DNA of 64,000 bases, taken from Bdellovibrionales bacterium (GTDB lineage Bacteria; Bdellovibrionota; Bdellovibrionia; Bdellovibrionales; JAUICD01). The stretch spans positions 352,001 through 416,000 of the forward strand of contig OZ241865.1 of the NCBI GenBank assembly GCA_965203275.1. The letters run 5' to 3'. Under the pieces are notes generated by a model. The model was given only the letters and a program-made list of their open reading frames with translations, had not been told where the DNA came from and made no database searches. Below, piece by piece: positions 1 to 12,109 of this stretch. The stretch's first letter is position 1. The number at the start of each line of letters is the position of its first letter. The position numbers were made by a program, and so were the translations under genes.

Positions 1-2
1 GC

Positions 3-485
3 GGTAGATTTAAAACCTTCATTGCTCAAGAACTTCATGTTTCTGTTAAAGATGTACATGCTTTTGTTTTAGGAGGACATGGGGATACTATGGTCCCTTT
101 ACCACGTCTTTGCTCTGTGGGAGGTATTCCTTTATTAGAGCTACTCAGTCAAAATCAGGTGGATGCTTTAGTAGAGAGAACACGTAAGGGAGGGGCTGAA
201 ATTGTTAGGCTTTTAAAAACAGGTTCGGCTTATTATGCTCCCTCTGCCAGTGCTGTGCAAATGGCTGAAGCTATTTTAAAAGGACAAAATCGCCTTTTAC
301 CTTGTACTGCTTATTTAAAAGGGGAATTTGCTGTCCATGATCTTTTTATTGGAGTGCTTTGTGTTTTAGGTGCAAATGGATTAGAAAGAGTCATTGAGTT
401 TCAATTAACACCAGAAGAACAAAAACACTTTGATCATTCTGTTCGTGCTGTCAAAGAGCTTGTCAACAAACTTGAAACCTTTTAA
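3..485 (+). CDS. mdh: Malate dehydrogenase (LDH-like), 5'-truncated by the window edge
   Basis: Frame is open from base 3: [43 protein letters not shown], typical of the LDH-like MDH C-terminal domain. Confidence 0.93.
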   Translation, partial: GRFKTFIAQELHVSVKDVHAFVLGGHGDTMVPLPRLCSVGGIPLLELLSQNQVDALVERTRKGGAEIVRLLKTGSAYYAPSASAVQMAEAILKGQNRLLPCTAYLKGEFAVHDLFIGVLCVLGANGLERVIEFQLTPEEQKHFDHSVRAVKELVNKLETF

Positions 486-552
486 TATGTGTGCTTTTTA
501 AATATTTCTAATATGCAATAACTTTTAGACAGAAAAATAAAGCACATCTTAA

Positions 553-2405
<1,853 letters not shown>

Positions 2406-2469
2406 GATATAAGTTCCTCTCTATTTTTGTTTGTCTTGTTTGTCATAACTTTGTCATAACCATAAATGA

Positions 2470-2769
2470 TTAGTTATGTTTTTTACGGGCTATCGTTTTA
2501 TTTAAATCGTTTCTTAACTCCTTGCCCACTTTAAAAAAAGGTAACTTTTTTTGCTTAATAGAAATCACACGGCCTGTCCTAGGATTTCTCCCTTTATAGG
2601 CATTGTATTGACGATTGGCAAAAGAGCCAAACCCTCTAATTTCAATGCGAGCATTTTTTAATATAGCATCTTTCATGGTATTAAAAATAGTATCTACCAC
2701 TAATTCTGCCTTCCCCTTTGTGATCTTTGCCTTTTGAGCAATGACTTGCACCAAATCTGATTTGTTCAT
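2470..2769 (-). CDS. HU/IHF-family DNA-binding protein (IHF-beta-like)
   Basis: MNKSDL, IEIRGFGSF, GRNPRTG, PFFKVGKELR. Confidence 0.93.
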   Translation of the reverse strand: MNKSDLVQVIAQKAKITKGKAELVVDTIFNTMKDAILKNARIEIRGFGSFANRQYNAYKGRNPRTGRVISIKQKKLPFFKVGKELRNDLNKTIARKKHN

Positions 2770-3090
2770 TGTAACCTTCCTCTCTGTTTGAAATTAAATA
2801 TTTCATAAGTTTATTCTTATCTTAATCTATATATTTTCTAAAATATAGCATCTTTCATTATAAATATCACATCTATTAAAATATAAAGTGTTTATTTTGT
2901 AAACAGAATATGTCTATTATGTAGTCACATTTAAGTTATTGAAAATATTATGCTTTTGCAAAATACCCCTATTTAAAGGCTTTATTATAGTCACTTTAAA
3001 TTTTATCTCGTCATAGAGATATTTGAGGGTCTGTGTTTAAAACATAATAATTTTAAGTACTTATATGTTTTTTTTAATATTCTAAAAGTT

Positions 3091-3106
3091 TGGCAACTTC
3101 TTTGCA
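3091..3106 (+). promoter_or_regulatory. Putative sigma54 (-24/-12) promoter
   Basis: TGGCAACTTCTTTGCA fits GG-N10-GC, about 85 nt upstream of the 3190 start. Confidence 0.55.
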
Positions 3107-3189
3107 ACATAATTTTTTGAGGAGAATTGTATTTTTTGCGAGCCGTTTTTGCGGGTTGCTGTAACAAACCATAAGAGAAGGGGTAAATC

Positions 3190-5097
3190 ATGAAAAATAA
3201 ATTATATGTCTTTTTATTAATTCCAATGGCTTTTGCTATGACATCTTTTAATATACAAACCCTTAACCATGAGGGAAGATCTGAAATGGCTAGTAATAGT
3301 GATCCAAATGCATTAAAACATGCCTTAAGAGCATCAAGAGGAGCATCAGGCGGTCTTATTTCTGCTCCTTCTTTATTAACACAACAAACTGGAACAACTA
3401 TAGAAACTCCTGTTTTAGAAAGCCGTAGCATTGTATCAGGAAATCCAGCACCAGCACCAGCAGAAGTAGCTGAACCTGAAACAGTTGAACAAGATGCAGA
3501 AGCTTCAGATGCAGGTGCAAATGAAGTAGGTGGACAAAATGTAGGAACTTCAAGTGTAGCTGAAGGTACTACAGCAGTAGAGGTTGCAGATGAACAACCA
3601 GAAGAACCAGCAGAAGCTACTACAGTAGAGGTTGCAGATGCAGATGAACCAGAAGAACCAGCAGCAGACAATAACCCTACTACTACAGCTCCAGCAAATA
3701 CACCTATAGCTGAGCTAATCCAAAATATGCAAAAGGTTGTTTCCGGCATTGGTCCTACAGATCTTCCTTTTGATGTAAATGGAGATAGAAAAGCAGATAC
3801 TCATTTAAAGGTAAGTTTTGAAGAAGTCACATCTTCTGGTCCGCGTCCTCTCAATGTTAATAGTGGAAATGATGAGGATAAGGTTATTTTAAAGGTTGAA
3901 TCTAACACTTTTGAAAGTATTGGTTTAGAGGCAGAATCAGGAGTTTCTTGTGAATGCGATAATGAACAGAGCTTTCAGATAGAATTGACACGGAGTGATC
4001 TTGGTTTAGAACCTGGTGAAGATTTAGATGAAGAAAAAATCAAAAAAATTGTAACTAATCATGCTGATCAAATCATTGCTCAGATCAACAATAATAGAAA
4101 TGCACAACATCAGGCCAGCCTGGAAGAGCAAGATTGTAGCAAAAAAGGACATAAAAGTGCAAAACTAAGATGTTTTATTAAGCAAGTTAAAGACAATAAA
4201 GATAAAGATGAATCTTTAGCTACCATTGAGGAGATATTAGATGATCTAGCTTACAGTACAAAAAAGTCAGACGAGAGGCTTTTTGAACAGACTTTAAAGA
4301 AGCTAAAAGGTGATGAGGACCTTGTGGCATTAAAAGAGAAGTTTGAAAAAAGCCAAGAGGTGAGAGTTGCTGCTGATGAGCATAAAGAAAAAATGCATAA
4401 TTGGAATAAAGAGATCACAGAAGCGACAGAAGCTTATAACACAGCAGAAAATTATATGGCTCAGATAGAAATGCGTGGTTTTAGTACTCCTATGGATCAA
4501 CATAATTATCAAATAGCACTTCAGAATATGCGTCATGCTGAAACAGTGATGTACTCCACACAGCTTAAGATGCATACAGCTCGAAGAGCTTTTAACACTC
4601 ACTTTAACAGCATTGTTGGAAATTTAAGTTCAAGTCAAGTCACTGCTGCTAGAAATTATGCTTTCCCTAAGAGCCTCAGAAACAATATGGCTGTTATACC
4701 TTCAAGTAGCCGATTTGGACTTTCTACAACATTGGGAGGAGGCCCTCTTTCAAGACGACCTCTCCGTTCAAGAAACTTTAGAGATGGTTCTTTTATGGAT
4801 AGAAGAGATCGTTACTCTTTAAGAACTCCTTCAATTCTTTTAGATGATGGGGTATCTCACAGATCAGGTCGTAATGATCTACGCGGTGGTGGTTATAATA
4901 TCAGAAGCAGAAGAGGAAGAGGTGTGCGTACACCGTATCAATTTGATGCTTTGAGTAGACCTAGAGATTTAAATATTGATAGAGTAGCTCCAAGACAACA
5001 AGCCCCAAGAGTTCGTTCACAGAGGAGTCAAAGAGTTCCTAGGAGAAGGGGCGGTGGTTATGTCCAAAGAACAAGTAACAACAACAGAACCCGATAG
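3190..5097 (+). CDS. Hypothetical exported protein: acidic low-complexity N-half, helical middle, Arg-rich C-terminus
   Basis: 635-aa ORF with RBS (GAAGGGG) and N-terminal signal-like segment; no family recognised. Confidence 0.8.
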   Translation: MKNKLYVFLLIPMAFAMTSFNIQTLNHEGRSEMASNSDPNALKHALRASRGASGGLISAPSLLTQQTGTTIETPVLESRSIVSGNPAPAPAEVAEPETVEQDAEASDAGANEVGGQNVGTSSVAEGTTAVEVADEQPEEPAEATTVEVADADEPEEPAADNNPTTTAPANTPIAELIQNMQKVVSGIGPTDLPFDVNGDRKADTHLKVSFEEVTSSGPRPLNVNSGNDEDKVILKVESNTFESIGLEAESGVSCECDNEQSFQIELTRSDLGLEPGEDLDEEKIKKIVTNHADQIIAQINNNRNAQHQASLEEQDCSKKGHKSAKLRCFIKQVKDNKDKDESLATIEEILDDLAYSTKKSDERLFEQTLKKLKGDEDLVALKEKFEKSQEVRVAADEHKEKMHNWNKEITEATEAYNTAENYMAQIEMRGFSTPMDQHNYQIALQNMRHAETVMYSTQLKMHTARRAFNTHFNSIVGNLSSSQVTAARNYAFPKSLRNNMAVIPSSSRFGLSTTLGGGPLSRRPLRSRNFRDGSFMDRRDRYSLRTPSILLDDGVSHRSGRNDLRGGGYNIRSRRGRGVRTPYQFDALSRPRDLNIDRVAPRQQAPRVRSQRSQRVPRRRGGGYVQRTSNNNRTR

Positions 5098-5114
5098 ATA
5101 TTTTCAAAGTGTGA

Positions 5115-5935
5115 CCGACGGTTCAGTGCCGTCGGGCTAACTACCTAGAAAATCCATTTATTTAATTCACTAAAAGTAAACCAGCCTCTGGCTGTTTTTG
5201 GGCATTGGCTCACTAAAAGTGGTCTAGCCTCTGGCTACTTTCTGGTTGCCAGCCGAAGGCTATTCGCCTTCTCAAAAGCTGGCAACCTAGAAAGCTTGAC
5301 CACTTTTAGTAGGAAGGAAACCTTCATTTCTTAACACCATGTTAAGGAAAAAGTTCTTTCTTACACCTTTTGGCTACCGCCGTCGATCAAAGGCTGATTG
5401 CCTCAAAAATCCGTTTACTTTTAGTAATGAGGATCCCTTCGTCTCTTTACACGATGTTAAGGAAAAAGTTCCTTCTGTTTCACTAAAAGTGGTCTAGCCT
5501 CTGTTTCCCTAAAATTGAACTAGCCTCGGCTACTTTTGGGCAGTTAGCCCGACGGCTACTGCCGTCGATCAAAGGCTAACTGCCTAGAAAATCCATTTAT
5601 TTTGAGTAGGGGAGGATCCTTTTTTCTCTTAACAGCATGTTAAGGAAAAAGTTCTTTTTGAACCCGCCAAGGGCTCAGGAGGAAATTTTTTAGATGCAAA
5701 AATTCATTACAATCAATGCTCTGATGCCGGTTTGCTGGATCCCGGATCCTGGATCCCGGATCCCGGTTCCCGGATCCCAGATCCCGGATGAAAATCATGT
5801 TAGGGAAACAAGATGTTTATCGCAATGGCTTTCGCCATTGGCAAAATGGTCATTGCCTCAAAAATCTATACATTTTGAGTAGGGGAGGATCTCCTTGCTT
5901 TTTAACACCATGTTAGGGAAACAAGATATTCGTTT
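5115..5935. repeat. Cluster 1 of the structured intergenic element family, plus GGATCCC heptamers
   Basis: Complete unit at ~5211-5310, several partial units, TGTTAAGGAAA junction motifs. Confidence 0.85.
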
Positions 5936-6002
5936 TTATGGATTTCTTTGAAAAGGTAAGGAATTTAGGTTTGAAAATTAGAAATCAAGTGATTTCAGCT
6001 AT

Positions 6003-6040
6003 TTAATACTGTGACTTTTGTATAAAAGTTACAGTATTAA
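6003..6040. promoter_or_regulatory. Long palindrome, candidate regulator site upstream of the pilin; second copy at 6355-6380
   Basis: TTAATACTGTGACTTTT-GTAT-AAAAGTTACAGTATTAA; core recurs as TGTGACTTTTATACAAAAGTTACAGT. Confidence 0.5.
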
Positions 6041-6414
6041 GTGTTTGTAATTGTTAGACTTTTTTAGGTCGACTTTAGAAATTTCTAATTTTTCGTCTAA
6101 CACAATTCTTATCGTTTATTATGACATAAAACTTTATATTTTTGTTAAAAAAAATCAAAAAAAGTGACATTTTGTATCAAAAAGAATCACTTTTTTTAAT
6201 TTTTGTATCATCTTGAAACACTTTACTAATCTTTAAGACATAAGATCAGAAAAATGAGCAATGGTTTTTCATTTTTGTTTTATAACTTTTGATTTGTTTG
6301 ATTTTTCAAAACAATTTTCTTGCAAAAAATTGCCTGTTTTTTGCTCTTTCAAATTGTGACTTTTATACAAAAGTTACAGTGCTAAGTCATTGAAATCACT
6401 AGGTCGTTTAGGAT

Positions 6415-6931
6415 GGGTTCATTAAAAGTGGCCAGAAGCTGGTTTACTTTTAGTGAAAAGGAAATCAATAGAAGGAAATCTTTTTCCTTAACATTGTGTA
6501 GAGGAGTAAAAGGATCCTTCTCTACTCAAAATAAACAGACTTTTGAGACATTGCTCTTTTTGGACAGCGATAGCTGTCAGAGCAAACGTCAGAAGGAGAT
6601 CTTTTTCCTTAACATCGTGTCAAAAGAGGAAAGGATCCTTCCTACTAAAAGTGGTCAGGCTTTTGAGGCAATGACCATTTTGTCAAAGGCGAAAGCCTTT
6701 GCGGTCATTGCCCAAGGTGTAAGAAGGAACTTTTTCCTTAACATCTTGTTAAAAAACGAGGAGATCCTCTCTACTAAAAGTAAACGGACTTTTGAGATAG
6801 CCAGCCTTTGATCGACGGTGAGAGCCGTCGGGCTGGCTATCCAAAAGTGACCAGAGGTCAGTTTACTTTTAGTGAAACAGAGGCTAGACCACTTTTAGTG
6901 AAACAGAGGCATGATTTATTTTGAGTGAAAC
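6415..6931. repeat. Cluster 2 of the structured element family, ending directly before the pilin RBS
   Basis: Complete unit at ~6773-6875, truncated units and three stacked end modules. Confidence 0.85.
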
Positions 6932-6948
6932 AAACCGTGGAGGTTATT

Positions 6949-7641
6949 ATGGAACGTTTAATTAAGAATCAAAAAGGTTTTAGTTTAATTGAATTAATGG
7001 TCGTCGTGGCTATTATTGGATTATTGGCCGCTATTGCTATACCACAGTATAGTCGGTTTCAAAAAAGGGCAATTCAAACAGAGGCAAAAAGTGGTTTAAG
7101 TGGTTTATTTGTAGCACAAAAGGCATTTATAACAGAATGGAATTATGCAACATCCGATATGGACCAGCTAGGTTATGATATTGATGGAAATCAAAATAAT
7201 TATACTATTGGCTTTGCAGGAGCAACTACCAGCACAAGAGATGCAGAGTCGAATCCAGCTAATTATAGAGGACCAAAAGCAGAATCTAATAACGCAAATC
7301 AAAATTTCAATGTGGGTAAAACTATGCCTGCAACAGTAACAGCTAATAATGACGCAGCTTTTAGCGGTACGGCAGGACATGCATGTGCTGATAATGCAGG
7401 CGGTACAGCTTGTGATGCTGCTTCTGTCGCTGCAAACTGTGTTTGGCGAGGTGGCTCTTGTCAAGCACCACTTCAAAATGGTCTATATATAAGTGGAACA
7501 AGCGGGATAAATTATTTAGCTGGAGCTGTGGGATACCTGGGAACAAAAGACACAGGTATAGTTGATGATGATCTTGATGTTTGGACTATTAACCATGAGC
7601 GTACGTTAGTGGTTAGTCAGGACGGAACAGATAAAGATTAA
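6949..7641 (+). CDS. pilA: Type IVa pilin
   Basis: Class III signal QKG/FSLIELMVVVAIIGLLAAIAIPQY; GGAGG RBS before ATG 6949. Confidence 0.9.
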   Translation: MERLIKNQKGFSLIELMVVVAIIGLLAAIAIPQYSRFQKRAIQTEAKSGLSGLFVAQKAFITEWNYATSDMDQLGYDIDGNQNNYTIGFAGATTSTRDAESNPANYRGPKAESNNANQNFNVGKTMPATVTANNDAAFSGTAGHACADNAGGTACDAASVAANCVWRGGSCQAPLQNGLYISGTSGINYLAGAVGYLGTKDTGIVDDDLDVWTINHERTLVVSQDGTDKD

Positions 7642-7681
7642 TCACATAATCCTTTAATTTTAAGGTTTAAGCATGATGAGT

Positions 7682-7717
7682 ATATGGGTCGTTTGCTACG
7701 GCCCATATATTTTTTTT
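7682..7717 (+). terminator. Rho-independent terminator after the pilin gene
   Basis: ATATGGGTCGT-TTGCT-ACGGCCCATAT hairpin followed by a T run. Confidence 0.75.
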
Positions 7718-7788
7718 AACAATAAGGGTTTAACGGCCCTTTTATTTTAGTTTTATTAATTTTTAACCAAACCATAAGGGGGTAAATT

Positions 7789-8022
7789 ATGCCAGTACAA
7801 GTTTTATATTTTTTAACAGGTTTTGCACTTAGCGAACTTAGACATATTCATTATCATGGAGGCCTAAACGAATGCAAAAGGGCAGGCGGTGACTTTAATA
7901 AAGTTAGACCATTACACAAAAACCAGGATGTAATGGATTCTATAAAAGACATGTTCAGACAGACAGCGTTTCTTTACAAGTCATTTGAAGGATTTTTCTC
8001 TAAGAAATCTTTTAAGAAGTAA
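7789..8022 (+). CDS. Small hypothetical protein
   Basis: 77-aa ORF with AAGGGGG RBS, flanked by two similar AAGGG..CCCTT hairpins (~7724 and ~8041). Confidence 0.5.
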   Translation: MPVQVLYFLTGFALSELRHIHYHGGLNECKRAGGDFNKVRPLHKNQDVMDSIKDMFRQTAFLYKSFEGFFSKKSFKK

Positions 8023-8119
8023 AGTGGAAAACATGTTTTTAAGGGCTTAACCGCCCTTTTGTTTTTTTATCATTTTGATACAAATCACTGATATTTCTTA
8101 AAAAATTCTCAAATAATAG

Positions 8120-8146
8120 TTAAGTCCCTTGAAAAGATGCCGATAC
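8120..8146 (+). promoter_or_regulatory. Putative sigma28 (FliA) promoter
   Basis: TTAA-N15-GCCGATAC. Confidence 0.55.
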
Positions 8147-8181
8147 AGTACTTAAGGCTATTAAGTAGCTTAGAGAAGTAT

Positions 8182-9306
8182 ATGTATCTTAGAATAACCA
8201 TTATCTTATTGTGTTTGTCTTTATTTGGATGCGGTGGGAGCAAGTCATCCACTTCCATAACACCAACACCATCACCAGACAAGTCAGGACCCGGAGTAAA
8301 TCAAAGCCCGAGTCCAGTAGCAAGTCCAAGCCCGACATTGCCAAATTGCAATTCAAAGTTTATTGGCTTGCCTATTCTTAATATAAGAAAACCATTAATC
8401 AATGAAGCCACTGTTGATGATGGAGAGGCTTTAAGACGAGCTAGTGAAGATGGACATGTAGAAAATGTAAAGGCATTGCTAGAAAAGGGTACAGATATAA
8501 ATAGTCAAGACAGCAAATATGGCAAGACGGCCTTAATGTTGGCTAGTCAGTCTAATCATATAGAGATTGTAGGGTTATTGCTAGCGACTGATGCCAATGT
8601 GAACATTCAAGACAACTATGGCACGACGGCTTTAATGTATGCTAGCAATGGTCGTAAACACCATCACCAACACCAGACTGAGATTGTAAAGCTATTGCTA
8701 GCGACCGATGCCAATGTGAACATTCAAGACAACTATGGCATGACGGCTTTAATGTTGGCTAGTCGTGAGGGCTATGGCTATATAGAGATTGTAAAGCTAT
8801 TGCTAGCGACTTGTGCTGATGTCAATCATCAAGACAAATATGGCACGACGGCTTTAATGTATGCTAGCAATGGTCGTACTGAGATTGTAAAGCTATTGCT
8901 AGAGGCCGGAGCGAACGTCAATCATCAAACAAAAAAAGGATGGACGGCTTTAATGCATGCTAGTCGTACTGAGATTGTAAAGCTATTGCTAGCGGCCGGA
9001 GCTGATACCGACTTTCAAGACAGAAGAGGCCGAACAGCTTTAATATGGGCAAGCTTATATGGCCATGTTGAGCTTGTAAGGCTATTGCTAGCGGCCGGAG
9101 CTAACGTCAATATTCGAAATAATGAAGGGAATACGGCTTTAATAGCCGGTTTAAGAAGAGATATTGAGATTGTAAGGTTATTGTTAGAGGCCGGTGCTGA
9201 CGTTAACCTTCAAAACAAAGCAGGGAAAACGGCTTTATATTATGCAAGACAGGATGGTCGTACTGAAGTTGTAAGGTTATTGCTAGCGGCCGGAGCTACA
9301 GAATAA
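8182..9306 (+). CDS. Ankyrin-repeat lipoprotein
   Basis: LFGC lipobox, Pro/Ser linker, about 8 G.TALM.AS..G..EIVKLLL..GA.VN repeats; start moved from 8137 to the Met of the signal peptide. Confidence 0.92.
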   Translation: MYLRITIILLCLSLFGCGGSKSSTSITPTPSPDKSGPGVNQSPSPVASPSPTLPNCNSKFIGLPILNIRKPLINEATVDDGEALRRASEDGHVENVKALLEKGTDINSQDSKYGKTALMLASQSNHIEIVGLLLATDANVNIQDNYGTTALMYASNGRKHHHQHQTEIVKLLLATDANVNIQDNYGMTALMLASREGYGYIEIVKLLLATCADVNHQDKYGTTALMYASNGRTEIVKLLLEAGANVNHQTKKGWTALMHASRTEIVKLLLAAGADTDFQDRRGRTALIWASLYGHVELVRLLLAAGANVNIRNNEGNTALIAGLRRDIEIVRLLLEAGADVNLQNKAGKTALYYARQDGRTEVVRLLLAAGATE

Positions 9307-9370
9307 TACCAATTCTATATTTGTCTCAAAGTGAGAATCTTTTTTTTTATCTTTTTTTCACATAAATCAT

Positions 9371-9397
9371 TAAGTCAGACTAAAGTCATACCGATAT
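9371..9397 (+). promoter_or_regulatory. Putative sigma28 promoter
   Basis: TAAG-N15-ACCGATAT. Confidence 0.45.
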
Positions 9398-9398
9398 T

Positions 9399-10169
9399 AT
9401 GCTTATGGCAGGTTTTATTATTATTTCTCTAGCAATATTTTTTTGTTTTTTGATCTTTGGCAATCGGTCAGATCCCAGGAAACAATTATTGTATGCTTGT
9501 GATAACGGACATACAGATGTTGTAGGGATATTGATAGAAAGTAAAGCTGATATTGACATTAAAGGAGAAGCTGGCCAGAGGGGTTTAATGATGGCAAGCT
9601 ATAACGGATATACAGATATTGTATTGTTATTGCTAGAGGCTGGAGTCGATGTCAATATTCAAAGCCAAGATGGCTGGACGGCTTTATTATTTGCTAGTAC
9701 AAACGGCCACGAGGAAATTGTAAGGCTTTTATTATTATCAAATGCAAATGCTGATATTCAAACTTATAAAGAAGGCTTTACGGCTTTACTAGTAGCAAGT
9801 GCTAAAGGTCATATAAAGATTGTAAGGCTTTTATTAGCAGATGGTGCAAATCCAGATATTCAAGACAATGACAATGGAACAGCTTTATTGGGAGCTTGTA
9901 TATTTGGTCATATAGGGATTATAAGGCTTTTATTGGACTTTGGAGCAAACATCGACGTCCAGGGGAAAAAAGGTATGACAGCTTTAATGTTGGCTAGTTA
10001 TTTAGGACGTACAGAGATAGTAAGGATGTTGCTAGAAGACAATGCAGACGTAGAAATAAAAACCAGAGATGGGTGGTCGGCTATAAGCATAGCTCTTTCA
10101 AAGAATTACAAAGACATATATGATATGTTGTTTATGGCTATGGTTAGAAAATATAAATTAATAAGTTAG
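9399..10169 (+). CDS. Ankyrin-repeat protein with N-terminal membrane anchor
   Basis: Hydrophobic N-terminus followed by about 6-7 ankyrin repeats. Confidence 0.92.
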   Translation: MLMAGFIIISLAIFFCFLIFGNRSDPRKQLLYACDNGHTDVVGILIESKADIDIKGEAGQRGLMMASYNGYTDIVLLLLEAGVDVNIQSQDGWTALLFASTNGHEEIVRLLLLSNANADIQTYKEGFTALLVASAKGHIKIVRLLLADGANPDIQDNDNGTALLGACIFGHIGIIRLLLDFGANIDVQGKKGMTALMLASYLGRTEIVRMLLEDNADVEIKTRDGWSAISIALSKNYKDIYDMLFMAMVRKYKLIS

Positions 10170-10342
10170 CTATTATATATTGAGATTTGTCTCACATATC
10201 AATCTTTATTCTTATATTGATTGCCATGCCTTCTTTGAAGTCTCAAACATCGAAACTTTACAAACCATTCTATTAAACCCACTGGATGATACTTGATTGT
10301 TTTTTTCTATAAAACCATGTATCTTTTGACTTTTTTAAAGCT

Positions 10343-10531
10343 GTGTTGCACTTTGAAGTAAACCAGAGTGGGAGACACAGCTTGAATATCAAACAATATG
10401 TAGCTTATTATAGAGTATCAACATCAAGGCAAACTATTGGCTTGCAAGCTCAGGAGACAATGGTCAAAGCCTATCTTAAAGATCAATGCCCCCCTATCAA
10501 ATCATTCACAGAAAAGGAAAGTGGCAAGTAA
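10343..10531 (+). pseudogene. Truncated serine recombinase (resolvase/invertase) N-terminal fragment
   Basis: YVAYYRVST.RQ..GL.AQ...F.EKESGK then a stop; the rest of the catalytic domain is missing. Confidence 0.75.
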
Positions 10532-10707
10532 TACAGGGACTCAATCAAGAGTAGCCGACTTTAATCATTATGATAAATTCTGACAACAATAAAAATATCG
10601 ACACGAAGGGTCAAAGGAGTTGACTTCGATGATGATCTTTTACGTTCTGTGTGGTAGGTAAATAAATATTTAAATATTCCAAAGAAATATCCTTTATAGG
10701 AGGTAAA

Positions 10708-11130
10708 ATGGAAAAGAAATTAATAACAGTTTTGATTTTCACAGTGACTTTGCTGAATCAAAGTCTTACATGGGCTACCTGGGGCTATCTGGATAGATAT
10801 CCAAATCATGGTTTTGAGCCTAAAGCCATTACAGATGTTAGCATTAAGGCAAACTGGACGTGTTGCGAAAGAACGCAGTTAATGTATCATAGCTCCGAAG
10901 GCAATACCAGTAAGGTAAAGGAATTGCTAGAGACCGGTGCCGATCCAAATGTTCAAGATGATAATGGCTGGACACCTTTAAATTATGCTACTTATAACGG
11001 ACATATTGAAATTGTAAAGCTACTGCTAGATGCTGAAGTAGACATCAGGCCTCAAGACATAAGGTTATCTAGAGAGGGCGGGCATGAGGATATTGAAAAT
11101 CTCTTATTAGATGCCATTGATACAGAATAA
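10708..11130 (+). CDS. Short secreted ankyrin-repeat protein
   Basis: AGGAGG RBS, signal peptide, GADPNVQDDNGWTPLNYATYNGHIEIVKLLL. Confidence 0.88.
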   Translation: MEKKLITVLIFTVTLLNQSLTWATWGYLDRYPNHGFEPKAITDVSIKANWTCCERTQLMYHSSEGNTSKVKELLETGADPNVQDDNGWTPLNYATYNGHIEIVKLLLDAEVDIRPQDIRLSREGGHEDIENLLLDAIDTE

Positions 11131-11644
11131 GACCAAAGATTGGTAGGACTCCCACTTATAGTTTTTATTAAAATAGGTATTAAGGCTTGACATTAAAACA
11201 AAATAGGTTATAGATAATTGCCAAACAGGGGAGGAAGCAGAAGGATAGTTAATTGATTTTAAAGATTCTTAAATGTTTTCATAATGGATTTTATCACAGG
11301 CATACATTAAAGCGGTCTTACCTTTATTTTCAGTCATAGTTCATCTCCTCTCTGTTTGTTAAAAAAATCATTTTAAACTTTGAAAGTGAGTTTATTTGAG
11401 TTTCATAATTTTTTTATGTTTTTTATTGTCTCTTTTAGAGACACTTAAATAAAAACGTCTATCTTTTCTCTAAAGTTTATGCTACGAAATCCCGACTAAA
11501 TAGACGTGCATGCTCTAAAGGCTAAATCACTATCGAAACCAATTTATATTCATGAATAAAAAATAAACATAAATAATAAAAAAACATGGATAATAAAAGA
11601 GAGAGGAAAACACTTTATGAATTGATCCATCAGTAGATATTAAT

Positions 11645-11995
11645 TTGATCTTGGATTTTTTTGTAAAACATCCTATATTTTCCCTTATTATATTATTTAT
11701 TGCAGGGATGATATGGTTCTGTTTTTGGACTTTATATCGACAGCTATCTAACCATTTATCTACACAAATCAAAGAGATTAAGGAAGATATTAAAGAAGTG
11801 AAACAAGAGGTTAAAGAAAAGATTAACGAGGTTAAGGAAGATATAAGAAGGTTCAAGATGATAATGTAAAAATAAAAGAAGATAATGTAAAAATAATAGA
11901 AACCATAAATATATTGGGTAAAAACGTTGAGAAGTTAATGACAATCCAAGAAAAGACAGTATCTTTGCTTAAAAAAAATAATATACTATAATTAA
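11645..11995 (+). pseudogene. Probably frameshifted membrane-anchored coiled-coil protein
   Basis: TM segment then IKE/VKE heptads to 11869; similar coiled-coil sequence (VQDDNVKIKEDNVKII..) continues in another frame to ~11995. Confidence 0.4.
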
Positions 11996-12109
11996 TTTCT
12001 ACTGTTGTAGATGCTTCGCCTACTACTTCTTTGGTTTTTGCTATTCTGTATATAGAATTTCTACTTCCGCAGACTCCGCTTGCTCCTTAAAAACATTTTA
12101 GAAGTATAT

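Noticed and set aside
3003..3749. 248-aa minus-strand ORF
   Set aside because: Antisense shadow of the low-complexity part of the 3190 gene
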